From a virus (lineage: Duplodnaviria; Caudoviricetes), in IMG/VR virus record IMGVR_UViG_3300025011_000016: a DNA stretch of 64,000 bases; one strand, given 5' to 3'. The notes under the pieces are model-generated. The model was given only the letters and a program-made list of their open reading frames with translations. It searched no databases and was not told the origin of the DNA. Below, in pieces: positions 61,336-64,000 of this stretch (within the stretch, counting starts at the first letter, position 1; every line of letters begins with the position of its first letter). The translations under genes and the position numbers were made by a program.

Positions 61336-61756
61336 ATGTATAAATCATTTAAATTTCGTATATATCCTAATAATGAAACAAAGTAATATTATTGATAAAA
61401 TAATGGGGTGTACTCGATTCGTATATAATTATTTTCTTAATTTAAAAATTGAATATTATGAGATTAATAAAACCACTTTTACTTATAATATGTGTAGTAA
61501 AGAATTAACAGCATTAAAGAAAATTAATCCATGGTTGAAAGAAGCTGACTCTGTGTCCCTTCAACAATCAATAAGAGATTTAGATAATGCTTATCAAAAA
61601 TTCTTTAAAGAGAAAACAAATTTTCCAAAATTTAAGAGTAAGAAGAGGCCAAAACAAAGTTATCGAACTAATGCTAATAAGAATAGAAGTATTCTTATAA
61701 AAGATAATACAATACGTTTACCCAAACTTGGTTGGATACGATTTTGTAAAAGTTAA
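61336..61756 (+). pseudogene. tnpB: Frameshifted, truncated tnpB of a different lineage
   Basis: MYKSFKFRIYPNNETK-stop, then in another frame GCTRFVYNYFL...FPKFKSKK...RLPKLGWIRF; no RuvC or zinc finger. Confidence 0.8.
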
Positions 61757-61835
61757 TTTACGGGATCATACAAAATCTATTAAAAGCATGTTATCGAACA
61801 ATGTATTAAAATAAATATATGATAGGGGTTGTTAT

Positions 61836-63773
61836 ATGATGGATAAACAAAAGATTTATAACTTCATGGGAATTAATGAGAATCTGTTATCAGCTAAAGA
61901 TAGAAGAGAATTACCTGAAGATAGTTTCGGTTTACCAGTGCAACGAAAATATCCATTAAATGATGAAGATCATATCAGAAAAGCTATTCAGTTTTTTAAG
62001 TTCTGTCCAGCTTTTCAAAAGAAGGTTTTAGCTATCAATATCAATAAAAGGGCTAAACTTCTAAATATGAAAATAAAGATTAATCATGATAATCCATTCT
62101 ATAAATATGCAGATAAGCATATAATTACTGAATCTTTGGGATCAACTAATCATCTTGCTTTAGAGGGATTAGTTGATATTCCTGAATATGGTAATATCAA
62201 TACTAAAGTTTCTGAAATATTAGATGATATACAATCTAAAATGATGACTAGTGGAGGAGAATTATTGGATTTTGAAAAAAGCTTACAAGAAAATATTATT
62301 CCACAATTAGTCACTTCATGCAAAAATGATATTGAATCTGGTTTACATATGATGAATCCTCTACGTTTATTAAATATGATAATGCAGAATCAATATACAA
62401 CGGTTTTTCTATATGGACATTTTATTGTAGGTCCAAGTACTCAGGAGGATAATGAGATATTCTACAATATTATATCAGATATCTGTTATACTATGTATGC
62501 TAAAATATCAGGAACTGATAAAAATATTAAAGCGCAGATTAGTATATTGCAAAACTTAATAGATCATTTTAGCTGTAACATATTTCATATTGAAAGAAAA
62601 GTTCAAGAAGTTCTCTTTGATTGCTACATTCATCGGCGTGAGTTAAGTATAAATAGTGAAGAAATTATTTCATTCGATACTCTTAAATCTATGGAAGATC
62701 ATCTAAATGATTTCCTCAGTTCTATTAAAGATAAGGAGTCTTCTATGTTATCGATATTAAGTTTTCCAAAAGAGATAATGGATTCTGTTCTTAAATCCTC
62801 CGATATGAATCTACTTAATACTAAGAATTATTTAAACAATCTGAAAGATCAACTTAAAAATCAAATAAATATTATAATGATGACCAACCAAATAAGTTGT
62901 GTTAGAGATCAGTTTAATGACGATAAAACATTTCTATTAAAAGATGTACCTAGAGATAATATTGATATATTCAATATAATTGAATATTTACCAGAAATGA
63001 TACTTAGTAGAAACATTAAATATTACAATAAAGATTATAGTTTGTATCTTGATAGTAAAGATTTATTAACCTTTACAGGCCTAAGAAATTTACTTGATAA
63101 TATATATATGACCCATGATAAATATGGTAGTGATATATATTTTGGTATCAATAAAGATAAATTGTATATACTAGGTAAAACTAATATTGCAGGAGAGGTT
63201 ATAATGATCAAATTATATGATTGTAAGAATCTGAATGTTGAGAATAACTTTACAACTACTGATCCCAGTAAATTAACTCCTATGACTATAAGTAAAATAA
63301 ATATTCTGATGAATGAAAAGGAGAATACTCTGTTATTAAGTAATATATTAACTGAAGGGTTAGACATCGATAAAGAAGGTAATATTAGATATGAAATGAA
63401 ACCGAAGAAATCATATATGGATGAGTACGCAGATAATCATCGATTATTATTAGTTAATCTAAAAACTAAAAACTATGATGCTGCTAAAAAGAACTTAGCA
63501 TTCTTATTCGCTCTAATTAGTATTATTGAACGTGATGTAATTTACAATAAAAAAACAAGAATCACTGATGATCAACGTATAGATGCAGAAAAAGCTCGTA
63601 CTTTTGCAATCAATGATTTTAAAACATATTTGAAAGAAATACAGAAAGTTGATCCTAAATTTGATTTTACTAAATTCTATGAGGATGGAGGTTATGGCTC
63701 ATTAGTAATAAATATATCACATGATTCAATATTAGGAATTAAGAAATTATTCAAAACAATTATGCTTGCATAA
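61836..63773 (+). CDS. Large virion (head) protein
   Basis: N-terminal LSAKDRRELPEDSFGLPVQRKYPL..HIRKAI module seen in jumbo-phage head proteins; late promoter 61797..61808. Confidence 0.6.
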   Translation: MMDKQKIYNFMGINENLLSAKDRRELPEDSFGLPVQRKYPLNDEDHIRKAIQFFKFCPAFQKKVLAININKRAKLLNMKIKINHDNPFYKYADKHIITESLGSTNHLALEGLVDIPEYGNINTKVSEILDDIQSKMMTSGGELLDFEKSLQENIIPQLVTSCKNDIESGLHMMNPLRLLNMIMQNQYTTVFLYGHFIVGPSTQEDNEIFYNIISDICYTMYAKISGTDKNIKAQISILQNLIDHFSCNIFHIERKVQEVLFDCYIHRRELSINSEEIISFDTLKSMEDHLNDFLSSIKDKESSMLSILSFPKEIMDSVLKSSDMNLLNTKNYLNNLKDQLKNQINIIMMTNQISCVRDQFNDDKTFLLKDVPRDNIDIFNIIEYLPEMILSRNIKYYNKDYSLYLDSKDLLTFTGLRNLLDNIYMTHDKYGSDIYFGINKDKLYILGKTNIAGEVIMIKLYDCKNLNVENNFTTTDPSKLTPMTISKINILMNEKENTLLLSNILTEGLDIDKEGNIRYEMKPKKSYMDEYADNHRLLLVNLKTKNYDAAKKNLAFLFALISIIERDVIYNKKTRITDDQRIDAEKARTFAINDFKTYLKEIQKVDPKFDFTKFYEDGGYGSLVINISHDSILGIKKLFKTIMLA

Positions 63774-63878
63774 GTAAAATTGTGTACATTCAGTAAATCT
63801 GAATGTACACAATTTTTATTACTTACTACATCTAAAACATATCTATAAAGAAAGAAATTAAAAGGAGCTGTTATAATA

Positions 63879-64000
63879 ATGTTAAAAAGGATTAAAACAA
63901 ATAAATCTATTGAAATAACTTTAATGACTATAACATATATTATTCTCACATCTTTAATATTTTTATCATTTAGGTATAATACAAATAATATATCGTCCCC
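63879..64000 (+). CDS. Partial ORF with N-terminal signal/TM segment
   Basis: AAGGAG RBS; MLKRIK followed by a hydrophobic stretch; runs off the window. Confidence 0.45.
   Translation, partial: MLKRIKTNKSIEITLMTITYIILTSLIFLSFRYNTNNISS

Noticed and set aside
780-63949. Many antisense/overlapping ORFs in the track (e.g. 780..1166, 1602..1895, 2887..3297, 13609..13878, 18987..19229, 50831..51199, 56765..57362, 63035..63367)
   Set aside because: Shadows of real genes on the opposite strand; no RBS or recognisable motifs.
1-64000. Diversity-generating retroelement, retron, group II intron, tRNA or rRNA genes
   Set aside because: No reverse transcriptase, no TR/VR pair with A-specific mismatches, and no cloverleaf or rRNA signature recognised by eye.
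1-64000. Phage nucleus (chimallin/PhuZ) system
   Set aside because: No tubulin or shell-protein signature recognised here; cannot be judged from this window.

Overview
This is a 64 kb slice of a very AT-rich jumbo myophage genome of the phiKZ/AR9(PBS1)-like type. Firmicute-style RBSs (AGGAGG/GGAGGTG) point to a Gram-positive, probably clostridial or bacillar, host. It carries the head/tail morphogenesis block (portal 3' end, tube, sheath, terminase, major capsid, prohead protease, baseplate and two tail-spike modules), split multisubunit RNA polymerase subunits, a family B DNA polymerase part, primase, SF2 helicase, a lone GroEL, Dps and a radical SAM enzyme. The ORF track hides the main story: five essential genes are broken by 12 group I introns (one partial). 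I could place the splice junctions by hand from P1 (U.G) pairing, the terminal omega-G and restored reading frames. This gives micro-exons of 9, 19, 28, 36 and 85 nt; the 9-nt exon carries the middle of the RNAP catalytic D-Y-D-G-D motif. One terminase intron carries an intact tnpB instead of a homing endonuclease (an IStron-type element), whose predicted guide is the downstream terminase exon. Two further relics of the same element carry different guides. AR9-type late promoters (AACA-N6-TA) precede virion genes, and a TATATATTAT box precedes early-type genes. All calls are by-eye motif recognition; no searches or folding were run.
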